Origin: the human T2T-CHM13v2.0 reference genome, Homo sapiens
Strand: one strand, 5' to 3'
Length of the DNA stretch: 64,000 nt
NCBI RefSeq assembly: GCF_009914755.1
Contig: NC_060925.1
Shown: piece after piece, positions 1-15,455 of the stretch
How positions within the stretch are numbered: position 1 is the stretch's first letter
Layout: every line of letters starts with the position of its first letter
The notes under the pieces: model-generated
What the model saw: the letters and a program-made list of their open reading frames with translations, nothing else
Databases searched by the model: none
Told to the model about the DNA's origin: nothing
Made by a program: the position numbers and the translations under genes

Positions 1-240
1 CATTCTGTTTCTAAAAGTATAAAGACATCTTGCTTTGACCATTTATTTAGATTTCACACTCTTGTGAGGATTCCCATGTACATGTGAAATGCATAAAACT
101 CATATGCTTTTCCTTCATTAATCCATCTTGTATCAATTTGTTTCCTAGACCTGGGCAGAAAGCTCACATAGGAGATAAAGCGGGTGAGGTGGAGGTGATC
201 CCTCATGTTTCCACAGAAGTAATAAGTAGCTTCCTTTTGT
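1..240. repeat. ERV1-type LTR 3' end plus flank; paralogous to 54371-54599
   Basis: Aligns by eye to 54371-54599, e.g. shared tgtatcaatttgtttcctagacctgggca.aaagctcacataggagataaag. LTR-like TATA/polyA composition; subfamily not determined. Confidence 0.6.
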
Positions 241-1201
241 AAGATTTATGTCAACCACCACTACTAAATTTTTTTTACTTGCCTTTTAAATCTGGAAAAA
301 AATAGACAATGACTTTTAAAGGCTAAATATCTTTTCAATTACTGAATAATTATTCAGTACTTACAGCATGGTAAGAAAATGCAAAGATATATACATGGAT
401 TCCACAAATTGGATGGAGGTCAATTTGACATTTGGGACTTAATCTCTGCTATTTTGTCTCATTACCACAAATTCAACATAAGATCCTTTTAATTTTGTCT
501 GCTAAATATTTTAAAATACATTTATATTCCTAAATCCCTGGGATCACTGCCCTTACTTTTCATAGGGTTTTCTAGTTAAATTTAAACTGACATTAAAAAT
601 CTGATTGTATCAATCAAGGTCCTTAATTGAAAGTGAAATATAAAATGTCTTTTCTTTTTTTTTTGATTTTTTGAGTACTGCTAGATTTAATTGCTAGTGA
701 CTACAAAATTAGTAACTTATTTCATGTGTTTAAAAATGCAAAACTGAATTTCTACATAACAAGATAAGGAGGATAATCAGTGGATATTTAAAGCATGCCA
801 ACGTTTTCATCATGTTCAGGAGGAAGATAAGAATACGACTTGAAAATTGCTAGAAAAAGATCATCATTATGTATACATTAAGACTTTCTCAAAATTACAA
901 TTATGTATACAGTACGACTTCTATTTCTGACAGTATGTTGCACTAAATAACCTGAAATTTGCCATTCATTCATTCATTCAATATATATATATATTTTTTT
1001 TACTTTAAGTTTTAGGGTACATGTGCATAACATGCAGGTTAGTTACATATGTATACATGTGCCATGTTGGTGTGCTGCACCCATTAACTCGTCATTTAAC
1101 ATTAGGTATATCTCCTAATGCTATCCCTCCCCCCTTCCCCCACCCCACAGCAGGCCCTGGTGTATGATGTTCCCCTTCCTGTGTCCATGTGTTCCCATTG
1201 T

Positions 1202-5023
<3,822 letters not shown>

Positions 5024-5086
5024 TATGATGTTAGCTGGTTATTTTGCTCATTAGTTGATGTAGTTTCTTCCTAGCCTCGATGGTCT

Positions 5087-6102
5087 TTACAATTTGGCAT
5101 GATTTTGCAGTGGCTGGTACCGGTTGTTCCTTTCCATCTTTAGTGCTTCCTTCAGGAGCTCTTTTAGGTCAGGCCTGGTGGTGACAAAATCTCTCAGCAT
5201 TTGCTTGTCTGTAAAGTATTTTATTTCTCCTTCGCTTATGAAGCTTAGTTTGGCTGGATATGAAATTCTGGGTTGAAAATTCTTTTCTTTAAGAATGTTG
5301 AATATTGGCCCCCACTCTCTTCTGTCTTGTAGAGTTTCTGCTGAGAGATCTGCTGTTAGTCCGATGGGCTTCCCTTTATGGGTAACTAGACTTTTCTTTC
5401 TGGCTGCCCTTAACATTTTTTCCTTCATTTATACTTTGGTGAATCTGACATTTGCTTTTCTTGGAGTTGCTCTTCTCAAGAAATATCTTTGTGGCGTTCT
5501 GTGTATTTCCTGAATTTGAATGTTGGCCTGCCTTGCTAGATTGGGGAAGTTCTCTTGGATAATATCCTGCAGAGTGTTTTCCAACTTGGTTCCATTCTCC
5601 CCGTCACTTTCAGGTACACCAATCAGATGTAGATTTGGTCTTTTCACATAGTCCCATATTTCTTGGAGGCTTTGTTCATTTCTTTTTATTCTTTTTTCTC
5701 TAAACTTCTCTTCTCACTTCATTTCATTCATTTGATATTCCATCACTGATACCCTTTCTTCCAGTTGATTGAAGTGGCAACTGAGGCTTGTGCATTCGTC
5801 ACGTAGTTCTTGTGCCTTGGTTTTCAGCTCCATCAGGTCCTTTAAGGACTTCTCTGCATTGGTTATTCTAGTCAGCCATTCATCTAATTTTTTTCAAGGT
5901 TTTTAACTTCTTTGCAATGGGTTCGAACTCCCTCCTTTAGCTCAGAGTAGTTTGATCATCTGAAGCCTTCTTCTCTCAACTCGTCAAAGTCATTCTCCGT
6001 CCAGCTTTGTTCCATTGCTGGTGAGGAACTGCGTTCCTTTGGAGGAGGAGAGGCGCTCTGATTTTTAGAGTTTCCCGTTTTTCTGCTCTGTTTTTTCCCC
6101 AT
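5087..6102 (-). pseudogene. L1 ORF1p, frameshifted
   Basis: ATGGGGAAAAAACAGAGCAG at 6102. Fragments KRPNLHLIGVPES (5429-5647) and MKEKMLRAAR...QNHAKL (5087-5428) appear as separate ORFs. Confidence 0.9.
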
Positions 6103-6678
6103 CTTTGTGGTTTTATCTACCTTTGGTCTTTGATGATGGTGACGTACAGATGGGGTTTTGGTGTGGATGTCCTTTCTGTTTGTTAGTTTTCCTTCTAACA
6201 GTCAGGACCCTCAGCTGAAGTTCTGTTGGAGTTTGCTGGAGGTCCACTCCAGACCCTGTTTACCTGGGTTTCAGCAGTGGAGGCTGCAGAACAGCAGATA
6301 TTGGTGAACAGCAAGTGTTGCTGCCTGATCGTTCCTCTGGAAGTTTTGTCTCAGAGGAGTACCAGGCCGTGTGAGGTGTCAGTCCACCCCTACTGGGGGG
6401 TGCCTCCCATTTAGGCTACTCAGGGGTCAGGGACCCACTTGAGGAGGCAGTCTGTCTGTTCTCAGATCTTCAGCTGCATGCTGGGAGAACCACTACTCTC
6501 TTCAAAGCTGTCAGACAGGGACCTTTAAGTCTGCAGAGGTTTCTGCTGCCTTTTGTTCAGCTATGCCCTGCCCCCAGAGGTGGAGATTACAGAGGCAGGC
6601 AGGCCTCCTTGAGCTGCGGTGGGCTGCACCCAGTTCGAGCCTCCTGGCTGCTTTTATTTACCTACTCAAGCCTCGGCA

Positions 6679-6753
6679 ATGGCAGGCACCCCTCCCCCAG
6701 CCTCGCTGCCACCTTGCAGTTGGATCTCAGACTGCTGTGCTAGCAATGAGTGA
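6679..6753 (+). pseudogene. L1 ORF0 (antisense-promoter ORF), truncated after 24 codons
   Basis: Reads MAGTPPPASLPPCSWISDCCASNE then TGA; matches the ORF0 N-terminus, with the stop at a likely CGA>TGA site. Confidence 0.75.
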
Positions 6754-7167
6754 GGCTCCGTTGGCGTAGGACCCTCTGAGCTAGGCACGGGATTAATCTC
6801 CTGGTGTGCCATTTGCTAAGACCATTCGAAAGTGCAGTATTAGGGTGGGAGTGACCCGATTTTCCAGGTGCTGTCTGTCACCCCTTTCTTTGACTAGGAA
6901 AGGGATTTCCCTGACCCCTTGCACTTCTCAGGTGAGGCCATGCCTTGCCCTGCTTTGGCTCACGCTCAGTGTGCTGCACCCACTGTCCTGTACCCACTGT
7001 CCGACAATCCTGTGTGAGATGAACCCGGTACCTCAGTTGGAAATGCAGAAATCACCCGTCTTCTGCGTCGCTCATGCTGGGAGCTGTAGACTAGAGCTGT
7101 TCCTATTCGGCCATCTTGGCTCCACCTCCAGAAAATTTATTTTCATTGAGATATAAAAGAAACATTT

Positions 7168-7951
7168 TTAAAAATCGGGTGGCTCATAAATTTTCAGAAA
7201 CACAGAAGAATCAGGCTTGGTATACACACATTATGCACAATGCCCAATATGAGCCTGGAATAAATTCCACACATCACCAGGACACAGACAGATAAATGGG
7301 CATAATTTCCAGCCTAGAACTGTCAGGTCAAGTAACCTCAAGGAAGACCACATTGCATAGGTTTGAGGAAATATTTGTAAGAAGATAGTATTGAGAACTT
7401 GGTCTTGGAAGGAATTGGGCGTGTGGACTGTGGCTCATGAAATTGACTTGAAGCAGATAGATGAGAAAGGATGGGAATGTAATGATAAGTAATCTACAAG
7501 CCTGTTTGTAAGGCTTGTGATGGTAAAGTAAGGTGCCCTTTGGGAAGCAGGCTAATTGAACTGCCCAGATTCAAGGAAGGCAAAGACTCCGATGTCCAGT
7601 TCAGATGGACCATGGATAATATACAAGGAAAAATCTCCTAGTAGAGTCAGGGATCATGGACAATATTGGGTCAGAAATTTGTCCCAAGATCAGGATCCAC
7701 ATCCAGAGAAAGAAGCCATGTCTGGACCTGAAGAGGAGGACTCCCTGTGTTTTTATTGGGAGGCAATGACTGGGTAGAACTTTGGGGTGTCTTTCCAGAC
7801 GGTGTTTAAATAATTTCATGGATAAAATGCAGTTTACGTTTTTGGATATTTGGTAGCTAGCAGAGCTCAGTATTACACACTTTGGCAAAGGCCAAAAAAA
7901 AAGCCTGATTCTCATGTGTTTCTGAAAATTTATGAGCCACCCGATTTTTAA
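7168..7951. repeat. Pair of 51-bp inverted repeats (7168-7218 and 7901-7951), 49/51 identical
   Basis: ttaaaaatcgggtggctcataaattttcagaaacacaGAagaatcaggctt versus the reverse complement of aagcctgattctCAtgtgtttctgaaaatttatgagccacccgatttttaa. Confidence 0.95.
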
Positions 7952-8280
7952 CTTTTGACTCATTAAAAATTCAGAATCTTACTTGTAAAGATTAGAACAG
8001 TTACTGGAAGGGGGCCAATTTGGTCAGGGAGAACCTGTTTTCGTTGCTGCTTCCAGTGTGATCATATGATCCCTCCCCTCCTCCATCTCAGATTTCCAGA
8101 TTTTCAGAATGGAGTCCAATTTTTTGCTTTGGCCCAGAGGAGAAAGTCTAAGAAATATGTAAATATACTGAGTAAACTTAAAAATTTCACAGAAGTTGTG
8201 CCTTTACCAGAAGTAGTGGGTTATTTACCTTCAGTATCCTCTATGAATTCTATAATTGTAAACTGGTGAGACTAGAGTGC

Positions 8281-8348
8281 CAATTAGGTAATTGCAAAGA
8301 TATTTCCCTGGTGCTAAATCTTAATTAGTGGAGTCAGCTACCAGGGAT
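8281..8348 (+). promoter_or_regulatory. Candidate OR promoter motif cluster (homeodomain plus O/E-like sites)
   Basis: CAATTA 8281, TAATTG 8289, TTTCCCTGGTG 8303, TTAATTAG 8321, CCAGGGA 8341; ~3 kb upstream of the OR2AK2 CDS. Motif-only evidence. Confidence 0.3.
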
Positions 8349-9029
8349 CAGATGCTAACTACTGATTCAATAGACTATTGAAAGTAAATTAATACAAGTA
8401 TCTACCATTCACAGAAGAAAGTATTGACTCCAGGAGAAGGAGAAGGGCTGAATGTCAGGAAGCAGACACTGGCTGTGTGTACTGATTTAAAATGCAAGTA
8501 GAAATTCATCAGGGCTACTAATTTTATCACAAGTTAGAGTTAATGACCTGATTAAATATCTCATAAGTATTGAATGGTTTATCCCTATTTGCCCTATAAA
8601 TTTCACCTTTTCAATGTGCAGTTTTACCAGCGTAAAGTTTTCTGAAAATCTAACTATCACATTATAGCAGAAGTGTCTACTTTTACTATTATCAACTAAA
8701 ACATCTTTTTGGCCTCCTAATAAACTGTTTTGTTAGAAATATAGTTGCACTGTATCTTCCCAGGTAGTTTTAATTGACTTTCTACAAATCGCCAAATTTA
8801 ATTGTTCCTAGATAGTTGCATGTTTTAAAGAAATCCAGGAAAAATACTCCTAAATATGACAAAAATATGTGATGCAATTCCTTGCTCATATTATTATTCT
8901 TGTAAATTATTTTTCTTTAATTTCTAAATAATACATGTATTTTCTTTTTTTAAGAATAAGACTCAAATTTCAATACACAATAAATTGAAGAAATAGATAA
9001 GTTTGGACTTGCAAATGTTCTAGTCAGAT

Positions 9030-9562
9030 TATCACAGGGCAAACCGCAAAATTGAGGCTCAGCCCGGGATGCCATGTGGGTTCTTGCCTTCATGCAGGAA
9101 GGAATTCAAGAGCAAGCCAACAGAGTAAAGTGAAAGCAAGTTTATTGAAAAGTCAAGGAATAAAAAGGTGCCTACTCATAGGCAGAGTAGCAGCATGAGC
9201 TTACCACATACTTGTGGTTGTTATTTCTTGATTATATGCTAAACAAGGAGTGAATTCTTCATGTTTTCTGGGAAAGGTGAGGGGAGTTCCAGGAACGGAG
9301 GGGTCCTCACCTTTTCAGACCATATAGGGTAACTTCTGGACTTTGCCATGGCATTTGTAAACTGTCATGGTGCTGGTGGGAGTTTCCTTTGGTATGTTAA
9401 TGTATTCCAATTATAATGAGCAGTGAGGACCACCAGAGGTGGCTTTCATTGCCATGATGGTTTTGGTAGGTTTCAGTCAGCTTATTTACCACATCCTGTT
9501 TTATCAGTGGAGTCTTTGTTCCTTGTATCTTTTGAAACAAGTCCGGCTGAATTCCTATCTCA
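9030..9562 (-). mobile_element. MER41-family ERV1 solo LTR (MER41C-like)
   Basis: Minus strand starts TGAGATAGGA and contains the MER41 core ACAGTTTACAAATGCCATGGCAAAGTCCAGAAGTTACCCTATATGGTCTG and AATAAACTTGCTTTCACTTTACTCTG. Confidence 0.85.
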
Positions 9563-10804
9563 GGAATATTCAAGGGCATTTTGAAAAACATACATGCTTG
9601 GGTTGAAACTCCAGATTTCAGATTTTTAGTATAATCGAGATATGCCTTTTTCTTATGTCTATGTTTTAGTTAATTTTGGCATAGTTATAAGTAATTAATA
9701 TATGACAATAACATAAGCATAAAATTAGAAAAACATTTAGAATTTAGGCTGATTTTCTTTCCAATCTGCATTCCTCATATATGTCCTCTGTCCTCTCTCT
9801 AGTACAAAAAGGGTTTCCAGTTCATTGTGTATCATTCCATAGGTAGACACATATATGACCATATATTATTTTTATTAATTACTATTCTGCATCTTACTTT
9901 TATTAATGTTGTTATGGTAAAATTTAAAACACATACACACACATAGCCATAGGCAAGATAACCACAAGGAAACAAGGTATGATAAATTGAACACCTGTGT
10001 GACCACTTGCCAGTTCAGGATATAGACCAATGTCAGCACGCTCAGAAGCCCTTTGCATTCCCATTTCCAAACAAAAAGTCCTCCTTCCACCTGAATGTAA
10101 TTACTATCTTATCTTGTAGTAATACTCTTCATACTTTATTTATAAGTTCTAAAGAAATGTGTAAACAGTGTACATTAATTTTAAACCACTTATTCTACTG
10201 AGTTTGGCCTCCAGTGAGTTTTGTGTTTATGACACATTCCTGTCTCTCATTTTTATTGACATATAATATTTCATTGTGTCATCTTACTGCAGTGTGTTTA
10301 GCCATATCAGGATTGATGGGCACCTATTTGGATTCTATCACATCTGATGCTGTAATGGAGATGGCTATAGAAATCTACTGGTCTTCCTGTGCAAAGCTCT
10401 AATTGATTATATACCCAGGAACTGCTGCGTTATAGCACAAGTAAATTCCAAATTTACTAGAAAATAACACATGACTTCCAAAGAGTATGAAATTTGCACT
10501 CTATTGGAAGACTTTGGAAGTCATAATGATCAAATTTATCATCCACACAATTTTTCTGTGTATTTCTTTTATTATTTTTAAAGTTTCACAATTCTGATAT
10601 ATATAGTGCATGGTGGTGTTACTTTACATTTCTCTGGTTTTTAGAATAATATTTAATACTCTATTTTATATTAACATAGCATAGTTCATTAATTCATTCT
10701 ACTTTGGGACATTTTCAGTTTCTGACTATTTTGAGTAATGCTGCTATGAATTTTCTTCTACACATCTATGATACGTGTTCTTAAACTTTTATCTTTTTTA
10801 TAAG

Positions 10805-11180
10805 TTTACACACATATGTGTATATATGTGTATATGTATTGCTGTACACATACATAAGCATGCATGTTATATATTAGCATATATGTAATATATAATATAT
10901 TGAAGTATATATAGAAATTACATATATTTTTATATAATATTCATAAATACACATGAGTAATATGTTTATAGATACGTGTATATAAAATATACTTGTCTTT
11001 AAAAGATATATAACTATGAGTATATATAATTCATATATACTTAAGTGTATATAAATATACATTTACATATATTTCTATTACTATATGTAAGTATATTTAA
11101 GTATTATATATGTATATGTACATATACTTACATATAATTTAAGTTATCTCATGTATGTTTGCATATATAATCTGTCTATA
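10805..11180. repeat. AT-rich low-complexity (TA/TATG)n tract
   Basis: Degenerate tatata/tgtata repeats. Confidence 0.85.
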
Positions 11181-11372
11181 CATTAGGTAATTCTTCCAAA
11201 AAGTTATAAAAATTTGCATCCCAGTAACAGTATGCGAGAATGTGTTTGCCATTTTGTACCAGAAAGCACTTTGTGCTCTAAACATGTAGATAGTTGCCAA
11301 ACATGTAAGTGAATATTTATTTCTGAATGCCATGTCATTTTACTTTCTCTTAAGGGAAGTCAACATTATTAC

Positions 11373-12380
11373 ATGAACATTTCAGATGTCATCTCCTTTG
11401 ATATTTTGGTTTCAGCCATGAAAACAGGAAATCAAAGTTTTGGGACAGATTTTCTACTTGTTGGTCTTTTCCAATATGGCTGGATAAACTCTCTTCTCTT
11501 TGTCGTCATTGCCACCCTCTTTACAGTTGCTCTGACAGGAAATATCATGCTGATCCACCTCATTCGACTGAACACCAGACTCCACACTCCAATGTACTTT
11601 CTGCTCAGTCAGCTCTCCATCGTTGACCTCATGTACATCTCCACCACAGTGCCCAAGATGGCAGTCAACTTCCTCTCACAGAGTAAGACCATTAGATTTT
11701 TGGGCTGTGAGATTCAAACGTATGTGTTCTTGGCCCTTGGTGGAACTGAAGCCCTTCTCCTTGGTTTTATGTCTTATGATCGCTATGTAGCTATCTGTCA
11801 CCCTTTACATTATCCTATGCTTATGAGCAAGAAGATCTGCTGCCTCATGGTTGCATGTGCATGGGCCAGTGGTTCTATCAATGCTTTCATACATACATTG
11901 TATGTGTTTCAGCTTCCATTCTGTAGGTCTCGGCTCATTAACCACTTTTTCTGTGAAGTTCCAGCTCTACTATCATTGGTGTGTCAGGACACCTCCCAGT
12001 ATGAGTATACAGTCCTCCTGAGTGGACTTATTATCTTGCTACTACCATTCCTAGCCATTCTGGCTTCCTATGCTCGTGTGCTTATTGTGGTATTCCAGAT
12101 GAGCTCAGGAAAAGGACAGGCAAAAGCTGTTTCCACTTGTTCCTCCCACCTGATTGTGGCAAGCCTGTTCTATGCAACCACTCTCTTTACCTACACAAGG
12201 CCACACTCCTTGCGTTCCCCTTCACGGGATAAGGCGGTGGCAGTATTTTACACCATTGTCACACCTCTACTGAACCCATTTATCTACAGCCTGAGAAATA
12301 AGGAAGTGACGGGGGCAGTGAGGAGACTGTTGGGATATTGGATATGCTGTAGAAAATATGACTTCAGATCTCTGTATTGA
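11373..12380 (+). CDS. OR2AK2: Olfactory receptor family 2 subfamily AK member 2, intact single coding exon (335 aa; 320 aa from ATG 11418)
   Basis: OR motifs [60 protein letters not shown]; NQS sequon; recognisable [23 protein letters not shown]-terminus. Confidence 0.93.
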
Positions 12381-13074
12381 TTGAGCATTAACAACATAAA
12401 AAGCTGTTCCTGAAAACTATCTGGAAAGATATAAATATGTGTTTTCTGTATAGAAGTCACAAAAACAGTGTTTATCAATCTTGTTTAACTTGTAAAGCAA
12501 TAGAATTCAGGCTTCTTAAATCTGTGTTCCCCTGGCATTTTAATGCTTTTACTTGCCCTCTTGAATACTCTGAAATGTGAACCATAAAAATAAAATCTAC
12601 TTAAACATTTAACCTCAAGATAATCTATATAACAACCAAAGTTAACAGAGAGAAAAATGCATAATTCATTTATTCCTTCTTTCACTCAGGTGTTTTAATG
12701 CTTTAATTTGTGTGTGACACTGTTACAGACACTGGTCATGTGAGAGTAAACAAAAATGAAAGCTGACAGAAATCTCTGCTGATCGGCAAACTTAATTTCT
12801 GTTCCTGTTTTCCTTTCGTGGTTTTCATGCTTGATTAATAATGTTTCTTTAAGAAAATCCAGTGATTGAAATTTATTAATATTGAATAATGTATTAACAG
12901 GAAAGAAATTGCTGTTTTCTTATCTTGAGGAAGAGAAGAGTCAAAGCTTACAGCATCTGAAGGGAAAATCATGACAGGTGGCAGTAGAAAAGAGAGTAGG
13001 GTGAAACAAAGACAGGAGTATCTATTGATGTGACTCTTTTCCTTCTGCACCGTAACACCTTTTGTGCATGCAAA

Positions 13075-13107
13075 CACACCACACACCACACACACACACA
13101 CACACAC
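13075..13107. repeat. (CA)n microsatellite
   Basis: acacaccacacacc...cacacacac. Confidence 0.85.
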
Positions 13108-13239
13108 GAGGTGCACACCCGGGGCCACCCAGGCACTTCTGACAAGTTCCTTTAAGGGGGATTACACAACTGCTTTTCCCTCTGCCTCTATTTTCAGAAA
13201 ATATTCTCTTAAGACACAATGCACATCATCCATTCATTT

Positions 13240-13569
13240 CTTTCTTTCTTTCTTTTTTTGTTTGTTTGTTTGTTTTTTTGTTTTTTTGAGATAGAGTCTT
13301 GTTCTCTCGCCCAGGCTGGAGTGCAGTGGCTTGAGCTTGGCTCACTGCAACCTCTGCCCCTCGGGTTCAAGCGATTCTCCTGCCTCAGGCTCCCAAGTAG
13401 TTGAGATTACAGGCACCCGCCACCACACCCGGCTAATTTTTGTATTTTTAGTAGAGACTGGTTTTCACCATGTTGCTCAGGCTGGTTTCGAACTCCTGAT
13501 CTCAAGTGATCCTTCTGCCTTGGCCTCCCAAAGTGCTGGGATTACAGGCATGAGCCACTGCGCCCAGCC
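13240..13569 (-). mobile_element. AluS (Sx/Sz-like) with TTTC/TTTG tail
   Basis: Full Alu dimer in reverse orientation, ending cgcccagcc at 13569. Confidence 0.93.
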
Positions 13570-13872
13570 TCAGTCATTTATTAATACAAAATTAATATAT
13601 CAAATTATTGTTATTGATACTATTGATGTTTTTTAGTATCAATATTCCATTATTAAACATTTGATTATTTTTTATTTAATCAATTTGTCCAGAAATACCA
13701 GCTTTTGATTTCTATTTTTTCTTTTTCCTCCCCCCTTACTTCATTGACCTCCTATAATTACCTACCTATTTAAATATGAATCTCAAACAGCTCTTTATAT
13801 ATTATTTTTGAGAATCCTAGTATTATTAAAAAATAATTTCACAATGTCTTTTACTTCCTAACCAGTTGTAAG

Positions 13873-14036
13873 TTCTCCTCCTCTTCCTCCTTCTCCTCCT
13901 CCTCCTTCTCCTCCTCGTCCTTCCTTCCTCCTCCTTCCTCGTCCTCTTCCTCTTCTTCTTCTTCCTTCTTTCTTCTTTCTTTCTTCTTTTTCTCCTTCTC
14001 CTCATCCTCCTCCTCTCGTTCTCCTTCTTCTTCCTT
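13873..14036. repeat. (CTC/CTT)n polypyrimidine tract
   Basis: ~160 bp of almost pure C/T triplet repeats. Confidence 0.92.
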
Positions 14037-14376
14037 TTAAATCTCTTCTCATTACTGTGTATCATATCAGAAATCAAGACTTTCTGTTACAGAAAGTAGA
14101 AAGGAGAAAGAGGAACAAACGTTTGTGTGTAAAAAGCATATATGTGGTGCTTTTTATTCATCGCATAAAGTAAACCATGAATAATCATAATAACCATAAA
14201 TAATAATAAACTTTATAATATAAAAGGAGAATATGACTCCACTTTTATAGATAATTAAACTGAATGTCAGAGAGTTTATGTAACTTACCCTAAATCATAA
14301 AACTAAGAAGTTTTAAGATTAGAAGAGTTCAATGGAACCATCCTGCTTTTGGAAGAATACCTTTTGGGACAAGACA

Positions 14377-15455
14377 TTTTTATTTATTTATTTTTTTTAG
14401 TATACTTTAAGTTCTAGGGTACATGTGCACACTGTGCAGGTTTGTTACATAGGTATACATATGCCATGTTGGTTTGCTGCACCCATCAACTTGTCATTTA
14501 CATTAGATATTTCTCCTAGTGCTATCCTTCCCCCAGCCCCCCACCCCCCAACAGGCCCAGGTGAGTGATGTTCCCCACCCTGTATCCAAGTGTTCTCATT
14601 GTTCAATTCCCACCTATGACTGAGAACATATGGTGTTTGGTTTTCTGTCCTTGTGATAGTTTGCTGAGAATGATGGTTTCCAGCTCCATCCATGTCCCTG
14701 CAAAGGACATGAACGCATCCTTTTTTATGGCTGCATAGTATTCCATGGTGTATATGTGCCACATTTTCTTAATCCAGTCTATCATTGATGGACATTTGGG
14801 TTGGTTCCAAGTCTTTGCTATTGTGAATGGTGCTGCAATAAACATACGTGTGCATGTGTCTTTATAGCAGCATGATTTATAATCCTTTGGGTATATACCC
14901 AGTAATGGGATGGCTGGGTCAGATGGTATTTCTAGTTCTAGATCCGTGAGGAATCGCCACACTGTCTTCCGCAATGGTTGAACTAATTTACACTTCCATC
15001 AACAGTGTAAAAGTGTTCCTATTTCTCCACATCCTCTCCAACATCTGTTGTTTCCTGACTTTTTAATGATCACCATTCTAACTGGCGTGAGATGGTATCT
15101 CATTGTAGTTTTGATTTGCATTCCTCTGATGACCAGTGATGATGAGCATTTTTTCATGTGTCTGTTTCCTGCATAAATGTCTTCTTTTGAGAAGTGTCTG
15201 CTCATATCCTTTGCCCATTTTTTGATGGGGTTGTTTGTTTTTTTCTTGTAAATTTGTTTAAGTTCTTCATAGATTCTGGGTATTAGCCCTTTGTCAGATG
15301 GGTAGATTGCAAAATTTTCTCCCATTCTGTAGGTTGCCTGTTCACTCTGATGGTAGTTTCTTTTGCTGTGCAAAAGCTCTTTAGTTTAATTAGATCCCAT
15401 TTGTCAATTTTGGCTTTTGTTGCCATTGCTTTTGGTGTTTTAGTCATGAAGTCTT
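14377..15455 (-). mobile_element. 5'-truncated L1PA with target-site duplication
   Basis: L1 3'UTR plus ORF2 C-terminus; TSD tgggacaag(a/g)catttttat at 14365 and 15458. Confidence 0.95.

Noticed and set aside
7168-7951. piggyBac element suggested by TTAA at both outer ends
   Set aside because: The termini lack the CCY start of piggyBac/MER75/MER85 and no transposase remnant is visible; kept only as an unexplained inverted repeat.
13826-14077. Arg/Lys-rich protamine-like ORF
   Set aside because: Translation of the CT-rich simple repeat.
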